Source of the DNA: Squalus acanthias
Lineage: Eukaryota
Direction: 5' to 3'
Assembly: GCA_030390025.1 (NCBI GenBank)
Contig: CM059425.1
Location: 176,454,001-176,518,000, forward strand
Length of the DNA stretch: 64,000 nt
The notes under the pieces were generated by a model. It worked only from the letters and a program-made list of their open reading frames with translations. It had not been told where the DNA came from and did not search any database. The translations under genes and the position numbers were made by a program. Below are positions 11,831 through 25,505 of this stretch, in pieces. Positions within the stretch are counted from its first letter, which is position 1, and the number at the start of each line of letters is the position of its first letter.

Positions 11831-13144
11831 TATAGGACCAAAAGAAACAGGTTAAAAAACACGTTTTTTCTCTTCCCTTTTGCTTCCTTACATCTTAGAG
11901 CCATTTCTAAACTCACACCAGAACCTATACCCGCTCTCAGAACGGTGTGGGAACCCCTCCCCCAGTCATCATAACCCTACCAGGATTCCCAAGGGCTGTA
12001 ATTTCTAGGCTGAAAATTTTAATGATCTGTTTTTTAAATAATGGCTATATAAACTTCTGTACACACAAGGGATACATTTACTTTCTAGGAATTTCAATGC
12101 ATATGCAAGAGACATTTAAATACAAAAGTCTGCACTGTTTATGACATGGAATTAAAATTGATTGGGCAGGGAGGAAGGAATTTTGGACAGGAATTAGAAA
12201 ATTGGTTAGAAAGGAACAGAAACCCATTGCAAATGGATTCCCCCCAAGTTCCTCCCACTTCTGTCAGATAAACCTGATTCTGCACCCAAAACGGGCAGGA
12301 ATTTCTAGGGTCTTTATTAAAATATTAGGAATTTGATCAGATGGTGTTAAGTATTCCTACTGCATAGCTTGATTTCAAGGTTAATAATTCAATTGTTTTA
12401 AAAACTGGGGTTCCACTAAGTCACATTATATTAGAATGTGTAAAACCAGTGATAATTTTTATCTATTTATTTCACCATGGTATGCAGAACTAGAAAAAAT
12501 TAATAAAAGGTAAAGGTATTTAAGACTACAGAATGGAACTTGGAAAGAAGGAATCACCAGGAAAGTTGCTATATCGGGTAAATCCCAGGATTCATGGCAT
12601 TGTGAAATTTCATAATTATTTATACAATATTATAATGTTTTCCTAATGATTATTGAGTACTCTCCATTTCATGATACGACATGCCCACACTAATCTAATG
12701 TGTACTGAGATCAATTTAGGCTTCAAATTGGTGTTTTGATTGATTTTCTTATTCCAGTGAGCATTAGAGACAGATTTTCTCAGCTGTTAACTATTTCTAC
12801 TAACCAGCTTTAATTGCTGCTGTACAAAATATTAGTCGTTTTGGTGGAAGAGCTAATCTATATTGGCAAAAGGTTAAAATCTATAAATAATTTTTAATGT
12901 TTAATGTTAAAGATGGCATAGGTTTCAATTGGAAAAAAGTGTCAGTTCCCTCAGCATTACTACCTTTTTCCCCTCGTTGTCAAAAACCTCCTCAAAACCG
13001 GTTCTCTTGCCTATCTTTGATTCTCCATACAACCCTCTCCATTCCCTTTCCCATACTCCATGTCCACCATATACCACTCTCATTATTGTAAAGTGCTCTG
13101 AGCTGTCTTCCTACATGTGGGATGTGCTATATATCTCCAACCTA

Positions 13145-13678
13145 ACTACATGGAACTACATAGAATGCACAGCACAGAAACAGGACATTCAGCCCAACTG
13201 GTCTATACCACTGTTTATGCTCCACACGAGCCTCCTCCCACCCCTTTTCATCTAACCCGATCAGCATAGCCTTCTATTCCTTTCTCCCTCAAGTGTTTAT
13301 CTCGCTTCTCCTTAAATGCATCTGTGCTCGTCGCCTCAACTACCCCTTGTGGTAATGAGTTCTACATTCTAACCACTCTCTAGGTAAAGAAGTTTCTCCT
13401 GAATTCCCTATTGGATTTATTAGTGACTATCTTATATTTATAGTCCCTTGTTTTGGGCTCCCCCACAAGTGGAAACATTTCTACGTCTATTCTATCGAAC
13501 CCTTTCACAATCTTAAAGACCTCTAATAGATCACCCTTCAGCCTTCTCTTTTCTAGCGAAATGATCCCCAGCCTGTTCAATCTTTCCTGATAGTTATAAC
13601 CTCTCAGTTCTGGTATCATCCTTGTGAATCTTTTTTGCACCTTCTCCAGTGCCTCTATATCCTTTTTATAATATGGAA
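13145..13678 (-). mobile_element. 5'-truncated CR1 3' end
   Basis: QKRFTRMIPEL...SLEKRRLKGDLLEVFKI...RRNFFT plus 3' UTR. Confidence 0.9.
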
Positions 13679-15819
13679 ACCACCTTGTTGTTGTCAGCTT
13701 CTAATAATGAAGTTCTCTAAATTTCTCTCACCAAGCAAGTGAACTCTGATTGATCTATTTACTTATGTATATATATCATATATACATACACCTATATGCA
13801 CGTACGCACATACATATACACTGACATACCCACACTGGTGGAGCTCCCGTTTTGTTGTTCTTGGTAATTTAAATGATATGCTGGTTTTTAATGGTATAGC
13901 ACACATATCAAATAATGCACAATGTATTATTCTGCCACGGTCGACCTTTGTTCCTTTAAAACCGCAAAATGTAATTGTTTTTAGATTAGAATGCACTTGT
14001 TAATTTCAGGCAGCAGCTCAGAGCAGGGCCACCAGTCCACCTTGAATGTCTCTTCCTCCTGCCCCTGCTGGGATTGCGTCCAGTCGCTTCTTCCCCACTT
14101 CACACATGCTAATGCCCATGGAGGCACAGGGCCTGGGCTTTCAGTACATTTCCCTCCCTCGAACCCTGTTCCTGAAGTGAACCACGGCACTAAGCCTGTG
14201 GTAGCGGCAGGAATAGAGCCAGATGCTCCAAGTGGAGAGAAAGGACATAGTAGAGGCTTCCTTTCTGTTTGATCACTTACCTGCTAAAGGCCTCAGTCTC
14301 AACTTACTGGTGCAGATCCCTCTGGGAGCCTGCCATTAATACCTAATGATCCCTGACCTAGGAAACCGGGCCAAGGTTATGGTAGGGCTGGAGCAGCAGG
14401 CAGAAGTCCTATCCCAATTCTATAGGTGTGGAATTAGGACATCAAGGGCTATAGTTTCTTCTGTTTGCCAATTAGGAAACAAAAGAAGGTATACCTCCAT
14501 GTTCTCTACCACGATTACCCATATACATTCCTGATCTCTGTCAAAAAATTAGGGAGGTGCTGACTGGAAGTGTTATCCCTTCTCCAAGAACAGTTCACTA
14601 ATAAGTTACCAAAATAGTATGAATTTCTAGTATTACCGCATACATTTTAATACATTTCAAATTTACTGTTGGTTGCTGTTTTGGTAATGAACTTCAAACT
14701 TGCAGTATACATTCTAAGAGTAATTCCATTAAACCAATGATTATGCAAAAGTGTGGAATTATAAAAGTGATCCCACATTGATCTATTTGACTATTATAAG
14801 TGAGATTTAATGAACTTTTTGGGGCAGAGCAAAAACAATCCAATGTGTAAGTTTAATAATTTTACCACTGGATTTCTGATGTTATGACCTTTAAAATTAA
14901 TTGACTATTGTTAGTAGGTTTTGTCTTTGTGGAGAAATGCACCTTATCATGTAGTACCAAGCTAAGGTGGCTGATTATGCCATTACCTCTGTGATCACAG
15001 TTAAATAACCTGCATATATTTAGAATTATTCGTGTCATTCAGCATTTTAAAGGTCATATCCCCTCTCAATCTTCTTTTCTCAAATGAAGACAAACTCAAT
15101 TTTATGAGCCTTTTTTCATAACAGAAGACTTTAAAATCCGGGAATCACTTCTGTGACCTTTCTTTGAACACTTCCCAATGCATCAAAATTCTCTTTGAAG
15201 GCAGGGCGACCAAAACTATACATAATATTATAAGATGATCTGACTAATGAGTTCTCGAAGGCTAAAATAATGGCCGGAATTTTCTGTTGTCCATTTGGGT
15301 GTGATTGGAGGCGGGTCAGGAAGGAAATTTGAAAAACCTTGGAGCGGGTCAGAACTCGCTGTCCTCCCGCCCCCATGCGCCTTTCCCTCGGGCGCGTTTG
15401 CCAGCGCATCAGCGACCCGAACGGCAGAGGCGACTGAGGTAATTGAGGTCATTATGAGGTACTTGTAAGACCCTTAAGCATCTTTATAACCCAACCTTTC
15501 AAATTTCCCTGGATGAGCACAGGAATCACGCAGCTCGGGAGCCACGCCTGTGAACCTGAGGCGGAGGTACAGTGGCCATTGATGCACCTCATTAGTGCAC
15601 AGCATGAAAAGTACAATAAAAACTCCCATCTGAGAGCTGGTCACTTTCCTAAAGCAGATGCTATTTCTGAGTGCACTGTCAGCACAGATTTAGCTTTTGA
15701 GAGGTTGCAAGTGTTTCCAGCAAAGTCGGGATCCACTGTCACCTCATTGGTAGAACCTATCACACCATTGACAGAGTGCTTCTGTTATCTCTACTTGACC
15801 TGCCATTTATTACATCAGC

Positions 15820-17025
15820 CTGGGTGCCGTTTATACTGTTTCACCTTGGTCCTCAGATTCGGACCACGATGAGCCCCAACACCAACAGCACCAGGCACAC
15901 TAACAGCACCAACAACAACACCACCAACCATCTCCTTAACTACCTGATGTTACACAGGACAGAGGGCATCAGTGCAGGGCTGCACCACGCTGGAGGCGAT
16001 ACCCCCAACACAGGATATACAGGCAGAGGATGAGCTTCCTCAACATGACGGAGCAGCAGTGCCAAAGGAGGCTCAGCCTATCACACCAGGTCGTCGCAGA
16101 CATTTGCAGATTGCTGGAGCAAGACCTGCATCCCAGAGGAGCGGGTGGACGCACCATACAAGTGGCTGTCAAAGTCACCAGTGAGCTCAACTTCTTCGCC
16201 TCAGGCTCCTTCCATGGCTCTGCAGCAGACATTTACGGCATCTCACAGTCGGCCGTCCACAGATGCAGCACACAAGTTACTGATGCCCTCTTTGACAAGT
16301 CAGCCAATTATATCAACTTTGCCACTGATGAAGCCATTGTTACCGAGCGAGCGCTGGCCTTTGCAGCTCTGGCTGGCTTCCCACGGGTGCAGGGCATCAT
16401 CGACTGCACACGTGGCCATCAGGGTAGCCCATCATCACCCAGGAATCTTTGTTAACCACAAGGGCTTCCACTCCCTCAAGGTGCAGCTGGTCTGCAACCA
16501 CAGGAAAATCATCATGCATGTGTGCACAAAATTCCCTGGCAGCTGCCATGACTCTTTCGTCCCGCGCCAGTCCACCCTCCCTCAGCTCTTTGCTCCTCCA
16601 AACATACTTTCAGCTGGCTGCTTGGAGACAAGGGTTATACGCTGAAGACGTGGCTCATGACACCTTTGAGGAGGCCAAGTACTGTGGCCCAGGAGAGATA
16701 CAATGAAAGCCACATTTCCACCAGATCTGTCATAGAGCAAACAATAGGCATGCTGAAAATGCGCTTCAGATGCCTTGGCAGATCTGGAGGAGCCTTTCAG
16801 TACGCACCAGCCTGGGTCTCCAGAATCGTCGTGGTCTGCTGCACCCTGCATAACATAGCGCAGCGAGGATTAGTGCTGCATGAGGAGCAAGGCTCTGAGC
16901 GCACGGCCTCTTCGGAGGAGGAGGAGGAGGAGCAGGAGGAACCTGTGGTCAAGATCCTACCAGCACCCGAGCACATTGCTGCCCGGGAGGTCAGGGATGG
17001 CCTCATCATGGCCAGATATACTTAA
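15820..17025 (+). pseudogene. Harbinger DDE transposase (HARBI1-like family), inactivated
   Basis: [31 protein letters not shown](H), [33 protein letters not shown]. Frameshifts near 16410 and 16610; two TAA stops in a Q/H-rich N-terminus; start codon damaged. Confidence 0.9.
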
Positions 17026-17297
17026 CTTCATGCATTACACCCATATGGCTGCCACATGCTGCGCCAGGTTGGCATCACCCCACAGCAACACCATAAAGTA
17101 TCCCTACAATAACCAAGCCTTTCACACTGACCCCCATTGCTGGAGGTAATGTTATGTCTGACCAATCACTCCAAGTCACTAAGCCAGTTCCAAAGTTGCA
17201 TACAAATTTGTCCATGTGGTGAAAATAAATACTTTCATGCGTGACATCACAGTAACTGAAACTTTACAGAAACATTTATTAAATCACCCTTGTGCAT

Positions 17298-19155
17298 CTA
17301 CTTGTGTTTCATCTTTCTCTTACACATGCTTCTACGAGGTGCAACCCCTGTGATTTCAGCAGAGGTAGAGGCAGGCTGCTCACTTCCCTGCTGCGACTGC
17401 TTAGACACTTTTGGCAGACGTCCTCTGGGTTTTGGAGCCTATGATGGCTCCACTAAAGTCTGCTCTTCCTGCGACTGTGCAGGCGCAGACTCGGCCATCG
17501 CGATCCCAGGAGCCATCTGGGGCTCTGACTGAGGTGGGGGTAACGGGGGAGAAGTGTGAGCTCTTTGAGAGGAGCCCCCACTTGCATGTCCCCTCTCACT
17601 ATCATCCCTCTCATGGGCCACCCGCACTCCCCTGCTAGCAAGGAGCAGGAGAGCACCTTGCTGTACATCAGTGGGGCCATGAGGACCCACGCCCACGTTG
17701 ACATCCCTTCTAGAGAGGAGGTCTATGAGCCTCTGCCATCTATCCTCCATAGAGACCATGTGCCCCTGTGAGTGGCGCATTAGCTGCTCCATGCAGGTGG
17801 CTATCCTTTCTATGGAAGAGCCTACAGTCGCCATCGCCTGCGACATGGTGGTGCTCATGCTGGAGATGAACTCCTCCATACTCTGCACATTTGCAGACAT
17901 CGCGCTCGCAAACCCTGTCAGAGCCTCCTGCACTTCATGCTGCACCTCCAGGAACTCCCTCTTTCTGGACGGCCCCCGAGGCTCAACGTCTGCATGCAGC
18001 TGAGCAGAGCTGGGAGTGTCCTGCGCCCTCCAGCGAGGAGTCTTCACGGCTGTCCCTGCCTCCACCATCTGCTCTTGTTTACTTGTGAGTTGTGAGACAC
18101 CAGGTGACAACACTGCTCTATCTCTCGTTGCACCCACCGAGGTGTGCGTATCTGCGCTGGTACTGGGTGCGCTTATGTCTGGTGATGGTGCGTCCTCAGA
18201 GGCTGGAGGCTCCTCTGAGGAGTCGACTTGCTCTTCCTCCTGGACAATGGGGGGGAGCTCTTGATGGACCTGTGGGAGAGAAAAGAGATGAGTTAGATAT
18301 GTCATATCAAGAATGGGTACAGATACAATTATGCACATGTGAACATTCACTGGTTGCTGACATCAGTCCCCATAAACTGCTGTATGCCAGGTGGCCGTAT
18401 GAAATGTAATTTTGTCACCAGGTTGCTGAGATGTCCCCCTCTCTCTGTCTCCCACCTCCAGCTGCTCTGCGACTCGAGACACTTCCAAGGCAACCACCTC
18501 TGCTGCTGTTAAGGTGGCCAATGATGAAGGGCCACCTCTGGTTCTCTCCCTCTCCCTCTTATTGTGGGCTCTCTTTTCCTGCAAGGAGGGAAAGAAGACA
18601 AGGTTGAGTGAGAGTGATGGAATGAGTGTAAGAAATGAATGGGTTACATCTTTAGATGGTGATATGATGGAGTGGGGTGCCAATGTCAAGTGGCCTCTTT
18701 GTGTGTTGTTAGTTGGTATGATTGCATTAGGATAAGGGTGAGTGTGAGGGGTGGCTAGTTAGATGGGGAAGTGATAATGTAGAGAGAGGGATGGGTGGAG
18801 GTGCAAGGTATGTTGGTGTGAGTAATGATGTGCAGGAGTAGGGTTGGGAAGGCACAGTGATGTGGATGTGATGAGAGGCACAGCAGGATGAAGTTGAGTG
18901 TGGCTTTGTACTCACCTTTCCTGATCTAATGAGACCATTGAAACGTTTGCGGCATTGCACCCAGTTCCTCCTGACAACATCCCTGCTGTTGACCTCCTCT
19001 GCTATTTGGAGCCAGGCTCCTTTCGTCTGTTGGGGAGGTCTCTTCCGCCCATCGGAAGGGAAGAGGATCTCCCTGCGTGCTCTCACTCCCTCCACAAGCA
19101 TATGGAGGGAGTCATCTGAGAACCTGGGTGCAGCCCTCTGTCTCTGTGCAGTCAT
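17298..19155 (-). pseudogene. Harbinger Myb/SANT-like DNA-binding gene, three exons (19155-18916, 18578-18419, 18269-17298)
   Basis: Exon 1 APRFSDDSLHMLVEGV..AWLQIAEEV..QCRKRFN (80 codons); GT-AG introns of phase 0 and 1; inferred +1 frameshift in a 7-nt homopolymer near 18250; premature TAG at 17439-17441. Confidence 0.85.
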
Positions 19156-19579
19156 GTTTGGCACTCTTTGCAACACTCCAATGCTCCAATACAGTGTCTG
19201 CACACTCCTGGATGAAGCTTCAAATGCAATGTGGCCAGGGCTCCTTTAAATATCCCGACTGAAAACGAGTCATCGATGGCATCATCAGACCCACACCATT
19301 TAATAGGGCCGGGTAACGTGCAGGCCTGCCTTAATAGGCGCCATTAACGGAAAGTCGATCTCAGGAGCGGGATGGAATGAGGAACGTGGTCACGACCCGC
19401 CAGGGTGACCGCCCGCACCCGACCTGCCCAGGTACAGAAAATTCCGGTCAGTGTGTTTCAGTTTGTAATCAAATTCCGTCAAGGTTCATACCAAAAGTTG
19501 ATTAGCATTACCGATAGTATCCTCAACCATGTGAATGAACATTGTCGTTTCCTTCTGCATAATTATTACCAAAACTGAA

Positions 19580-19810
19580 GCCAAGTTGGAGCTCCCACTA
19601 CTGATTGCTATCTAGTAACCCTTGCTGGAAACTTCCATCTGTGGATGTCCAAAGAGGACAGGATTAGCTCAGTAGTGATGCTCCCCATAGTCCAATAGTC
19701 TGGTAAACACACTATCTAGGATTTCACATGAAGAATAGACAGTTGAGGCAGGTATAGGAGAGCTGTCAGTTCTTGTGGACCCATATCAAAATGATTCAGT
19801 GCCTATGGAG
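19580..19810 (+). repeat. Ancient SINE-like repeat, second copy of 11002-11355 family
   Basis: Colinear shared motifs with 11150-11350. Confidence 0.5.
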
Positions 19811-21143
19811 AAAAAATAAGCAAAAAGAAGAAAGAGGCCATTTATAGTATAAGCACGTCCCTGAACTTTGCTGATCAGAAGTTCTACCCTGAACAATATA
19901 GATTGTAAGATTAATCTGACATCATGAAGTTTTTGCTTGATTATCTTCAGGGATAAGAGGAAAATTTCAGAATTTTTTGTGTAAGTTTGTTATTGTTTAC
20001 AAATTAAGGAGACAAGAGAATCAGGAAGGTTCCATGTTAATGTGTGAGTTGTTAGATACGGTTAAATAAGATTTCAATACACAAAAATATCCAGAGGAGG
20101 AACAGAAAAGATACAGTAAGAACTTCACGGAACAAGACATTATCAGTGTATAAGACAATGAAGAAACATTTAAGTACTGGTTATGTAACATGGTGGCTGC
20201 ACAATGGGATGGTGATTTATAGAAAAATAAATGCAGGCACAACTCACTGGTGATTCATTTTTCCATAAGCCATTAAGTCACACACTGTATCTTATTCATA
20301 TGTCATTCAGATTTTTTGTATCGTGTTGTTTTTAGTGGCTCATTTAACTTAATTTAGAAAATAATGTAATTGGTTTCTTCTTTGAGGAATTAACATCACA
20401 GGAAGCTGCTGCGTGATAAAAACAAGCAGAAGCAATCCATATATAGCATAAAATACAAGTAAGCAAAACTATTCATCAAATATTATAAAAAATGATTTCT
20501 AACTTAAAATAAACAATTGTGTGGTAATCTTTCTATGCTGGTATAACGTTGTTGGTGTTTTACACACTGTCAGAGGCAAACACATTCAAAAACAATTCAC
20601 AAATACAACCTTCAATTTTTAGAGCTACAATCTTCTGCACACTATTTTTATAGATTGAGTCACCATTCTTTATACTGATATTTTCAAGCATTAAGGTCAC
20701 CAACAGGGTCAGGAATTGCAGGGTTTGAAAATTCCTGTCCTTTCCAGTGCAGTCCTGCTGTAACTTCAATGCGAGTGTGCTGGAAGGGCTGCTAATTAGG
20801 CTGGGATCTAATTATGTCGGTGATTCTGGAATGTCTTGCTGTGGGGCAGAGATTTAATCCACCCTAAACAAGGTCATCAGTGTAAGAGGGGGCAGGGCTG
20901 GGGGCAAGCACTCCCTGTATTGGGAGTTCCCACTTCTCAACCCTCAGAGGGAACTGGTGTAGGGTCAGTGGGGATACATCAACTTAACAGGTGGAAGTGG
21001 GCCCCACCTGGATGTTGTGGTTGGGGTCACAGCCAGAATGCCCAAAGAAATATTTCAATTTAAAAAAAAATCGTCTTAAAGTAGCCCTTTTAGAAGGGCA
21101 GCTGCGGTTTACCCCTATAACTTTTTGCAGGGGAGCTAGACTT

Positions 21144-21297
21144 CCCTCCCGTCACCCTGCCTTGCCCTCCCGCCACCCTGCCCTGCCCTCCCACCACCCT
21201 GCCCTGCCCTCCCGCCACCCTGCCCTGCCCTCCCACCACCCTGCCCTGCCCTCCCGCCACCCTGCCCTGCCCTCCCGCCACCCTGCCCTGCCCTGCC
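21144..21297. repeat. 21-bp minisatellite, about 7 copies
   Basis: Unit ccctccc(g/a)ccaccctgccctg. Confidence 0.95.
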
Positions 21298-21306
21298 CAT
21301 CTACTT

Positions 21307-21890
21307 GTGCCGAATTTGCAGCTGCGGAGGTCCCGGACTGGCGCATATCAGCGCTTGTGCTGGGATGCGCCTCGCCCCATGATCTCTGTGGCGAGAAGTT
21401 TGCCTTTCTCGACGTGCAATTTAATGTACCACAGTGTAATGGGGTTTCCCAGCGAAGAGCTGCAGTGACGTCAACAAGCTGTCTAAGCAGCCAATCACAT
21501 TGAAGAATTTTCAAAGACAGCAAACCAGGAAATGAAAAGCTGCTTTTATCCCCACCTTTTAAAAATGTTACAGAGAGCAAAACAAAGATTGGGGATAAGG
21601 TAGAAGCTGAAATATCATGAACAAACTCTTTTAAATATTGTAATTTTTATCATCATGGAGAAATTAACAGCAATATTACCATGGAAAAGCCCAAGTTTTT
21701 GCCAGTTTCACTGATTGCCGGCTATGGGGGGGTGGTGGGGGTGGGAGCGGGGGTGGGGGTCCACAGTGCAGTCAGTGTCGGAGCAGTAAATGACTGACCG
21801 CATCTTCAGGATTACTGCGCTTAGATGCGCATGCGCTAAATCCTGAAATTGCGGTCAGTTTCGGAGAGTACCCACCACAAAATCTGGGCC
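21307..21890. mobile_element. MITE-like element
   Basis: Right end aaaatctgggcc resembles the 3224-4020 termini; internal ccaatcacattgaag resembles the 54270 family. Left end uncertain. Confidence 0.4.
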
Positions 21891-23693
21891 AATATTTCCA
21901 ATTCAGTTCTTCAGACATATAATGCACTCATTTTGCAATCATGCTGAAATGATCAGGATCATCGGTCTTATGCAATACACTGTCTTCTAATCCGCTATTC
22001 TTGCTCATAGGGAGTGACATTCTCCACAGAAAACAAATTCTTTGGTTCAATCTGTTTCTAAGACTACTAGTGCTGGCCTTTTGTTCTGTTCCCTCCTGCT
22101 GTTGTCACTTAGCAGGAGGTGCCAATCCAAAGGAGACAATAGGTTCATGCAAAATGGCACTGTCAATTGTATAGAGAATAACAGATACTTAGGAATGATT
22201 ACAAGGCAGTAATCTTCGAAGGATTAGGTAATCTTGTAAACCAACCAATGAAGTTTAATTAGTTTATAGATTGCAGAGTTACAATCACTTCACAGTATTT
22301 ATTATTAATTCTAATCTCTGTATAATTTTAATTTTATGTGTGAGTTTTTTATTCTGATTTTTTTTTTATTCGTTCATGGGATGTGGGCGTCGCTGGCAAG
22401 GCCAGCATTTATTGCCAATCCCTAATTGCCCTTGAGAAGGTGGTGGTGAGCCGCCTTCTTGAACCGCTGCAGTCCATGTGGTGAAGGTACTCCCACAGTG
22501 CTGTTAGGTAGGGAGTTCCAGGATTTTGACCCAGCGACGATGAAGGAACGGCGATATACTTCTAAATCAGGATGGTGTGTGACTTGGAGGGGAACTTGGA
22601 GGTGGTGGTGTTCCTATGCGCCTGCTGCCCTTGTCCTTATAGGTGGAAGAGGACGCGGGTTTGGGAGGTGCTGCCGAAGAAGCCTTGGTGAGTTGCTGCA
22701 GTGCATCTTGTAGATGGTACACACTGCAGCCACGGTATGCCGGTGGTGGAGGGAGTAAATGTTTAAGGTGGTGGATGGGGTGCCAATCAAGCAAGCTGCT
22801 TTGTCCTGGATGGCGTCGAGCTTCTTGAGTGTTGTTGGAGCTGCACTCACCCAGGAAAGTGGAGAGTATTCCATCACACTCCTTACTTGTGCCTTATAGA
22901 TGGTGGAAAGGCTTTGGAGAGTCAGGAGGTGAGACACTCGCCACAGAATACCTAGCCTCTGACCTGCTCTTGTTGCCACAGTATTTATGTGGCTGGTCCA
23001 GTTAAGTTTCTGGTCAATGGTGAGCCCCCAGGATGTTGATGGTGGGGGATTCGGCGATGGTAATGCCATTGAATGTCAAGGGGAGGTGGTTAGACTCTTG
23101 CTTGTTGGAGATAGTCATTCCCTGGCACTTCTGTGGCGCGAATGTTACCTGCCACTTATCAGCCCAAGCCTGATCGTCATCCAAATCTTGTTGGATGTGG
23201 GCATGGAATGCTTCATTATCTGAGGAGTTGTGAATGGTGCTGAACACTGTGCAGTCATCAGCGAACATCCCCATTTCTGACCTTATGTTGGACGGAAGGT
23301 CATTGATGAAGCAGCTGAAGATGGTTGGGCCTAGGACACTGCTCTGAGGAACTGCCTGCAGCGATATCCTGGGGCTGTGATGATTGACTTCCAACCACCA
23401 CAACTATCTTCCTTTGTGCTAGGTATGACTCCAGCCAGTGGAGAGTTTTCCCCCCGATTCCCATTGACTTCAGTTTTACTCGGGCTCTTTGATGCCACAC
23501 TCGGTCAAATGCTGCCTTGATGTCAAGGGCAGTCACTCTCACCTCACCTCTGGAATTCAGCTCCTTTGTCAATATTTGGACCAAGGCTGTAATGAGGTCA
23601 GGAGCCGAGTGGTCTTGGCGGAACACAAACTGGGCATCAGTGAGCAGGTTTTTGGTGAGTAAGTGCCGCTTGATAGCACTGTCGATGACACCT

Positions 23694-23960
23694 TCCAAAA
23701 ATGTGCGGGTTAGGTTGATTTGGCTATGATAAATTGACCCTTAGTGTTAGTGTGGGGTTATGGGGATAGGATGGGATATGTTAGGGGGAATTAAATACGT
23801 GGGGTTATGGGGGTCGGGTGGGATATGTGTACTGTGGGGATTAAAGCAGGGACAGGGTACTGGATTTGAATGATCAGCCATGATCGTATTGAATGGTGGT
23901 GCAGGCTCGACGGGCCGAATGGCCTACTCCTGCTCCTAGATTCTATGTTTCTATGTTTCT
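23694..23960 (+). repeat. 5'-truncated HE1-type V-SINE with CR1 tail, nested in the LINE
   Basis: tccaaaaatgtgcgggttaggttg..gacccttagtgt followed by a CR1 3' UTR and (ctatgttt)n; host sequence rejoins as ccttcc|atcactttgc. Confidence 0.8.
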
Positions 23961-25446
23961 ATCACTTTGCTGATGATTGAGAGTAGACTGATGGGGTGGT
24001 AATTGGCCGGGTTGGATTTGTCCTGCTTTTTGTGAACAGGACATACCTGGGCAGTTTTCCACATTGTCGGATAGATGTCAGTGTTGTAGCTGTACTGGAA
24101 CAGCTTGGCTAGAGGCGCGACTAGTTCTGGAGCACAAGTCTTCAGCAGGATAGCCGGGATGTTGTCGGGGCCCATAGCCAGTGCACTCAGCCGTTTCTTG
24201 ATATCACGTGGAGTGAATCGAATTGGCTGAAGACTGGCTTCTGTGATGGTGGGGACCTCAGGAGTAGGCCGATATGGATCATCCACTCAGCACTTCTGGC
24301 TGAAGATTGTTGCAAACGCTTCAGCCTTGTCTTTTACATTCACGTACTGGGCTCCACCATCATTGAGGATGGGGATATTCATGAAGCCTCCTCCTCCCGT
24401 TAGTTGTGTAATGGTCCACCACCATTCACGACTGGATAGCTTTGATCTGATCCATTGATTGTGCGATCACTTAGCCCTGTCTATAGCATGCTGCCTCCGC
24501 TTTTTAGCATGCACTTAGTCCTGTGTTGCAGCTTCCCACCAGGTGCTGCTCCTTGCATGCTCTTCTACACTCCTTATTGCACCAGGGTTGGTGGTAATGG
24601 TAAAGTGAGGGATATGCCAGGCCATGAGGTTACAGAATACAATTCTGCTGCTGCCCCACAGCGCCTCATGGATGCCCAGTTTTGAGCTGCTGAATCTATC
24701 CCATTTAGCACGGTGGTAGTGCCACACAACACGATGGAGGGTGTCCTCAGTGTGAAGACAGGTGGTCACTGCTACCAATACTGTCATGCATCTGCGACAG
24801 GCAAGTAGGTTTTTCCCCTCATGTTGGTTCTCTCACCACCTGTCACACGCCCAGACTGGCAGTCTTGTCTTTCAGGACTCAGCCAGCTCGGTCAATAGTG
24901 GTGCTACAGAGCCACTCTTGGTGATGGACATTCTGTGCCCTTGCTATTCGCAGTGCTTCTGAACAAAGTGGTGTTCAACATGGAGGAGTACTGATTCAGC
25001 AGCTGATGGTGGGGGAGGGGGGGCAGTAGGAGGTGACCTGAAGCAATGAGACTCCGGTGGAACAGGACATACCCAGGGATGGTGATGGAGGAGGAGTTTG
25101 GGACATTGGTTGAAAGGTATGATTCTGTCAGAATGTGGGACAGCTCTCCCAATTTTGGCACAAGTCCCCAGATGTTGGTGAGGAGGACTTTGCAGGGTTG
25201 ACTGGGCTGGGTGTGCCCATTCATTCTTATTATGTTTTGTTACAATTGAGTGACTTGCTAGGCCATTTCAGCGGGCATTGCTGTGGGTCTGGAGTCAAAT
25301 ATAGGCCAGACCAGGTAAGGACGGCAGATTTCCTTCCCTAAAGGACAGATGGATTTTTACGACGATCCGATAGTTTCATGGTTACCATTACTGATAATGA
25401 TCCAGATTTATTTAATTACTGAACTTAATCCCCAGCTGCCGTGGTG

Positions 25447-25505
25447 GGATTTGAACTCACATCTCTGAGATCATTAGTCCAGGCCTCTGGATTACCACTA
25501 CGCTA
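25447..25505 (-). promoter_or_regulatory. Type 2 Pol III internal promoter (A box + B box) heading the LINE
   Basis: A box TAGCGTAGTGG (25505-25495) fits TRGCNNARYGG; B box GTTCAAATCC (25456-25447) fits GWTCRANNC. Confidence 0.75.

Larger units (their letters stand above)
15272..19449. mobile_element. Full-length decayed PIF/Harbinger DNA transposon (4.18 kb) with two convergent genes
   Basis: TIRs ggccggaattttctgt / acagaaaattccggtc (15/16); TSD AAT / AGT; transposase on +, Myb-like gene on -. Confidence 0.92.
15055..19545 (-). mobile_element. Very old CR1 fragment split by the Harbinger insertion (pieces 15055-15271 and 19450-19545)
   Basis: Removing the element and one 3-bp TSD gives FDYKLKHTILAFENSLVR, the same length as CR1 FEYRSREVMLQLYRALVR. 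Confidence 0.7.

Noticed and set aside
15820..19155. Domesticated HARBI1/NAIF1-type host genes
   Set aside because: Frameshifts, stops, TIRs and a TSD show a decayed transposon copy.
20991..21580. Repeat proteins (LPSRHPA)n / (GRVAGGQ)n
   Set aside because: Translations of the 21-bp minisatellite.
21826..21836. NRF1-like palindrome TGCGCATGCGC
   Set aside because: Single motif inside a repeat with no supporting promoter context.
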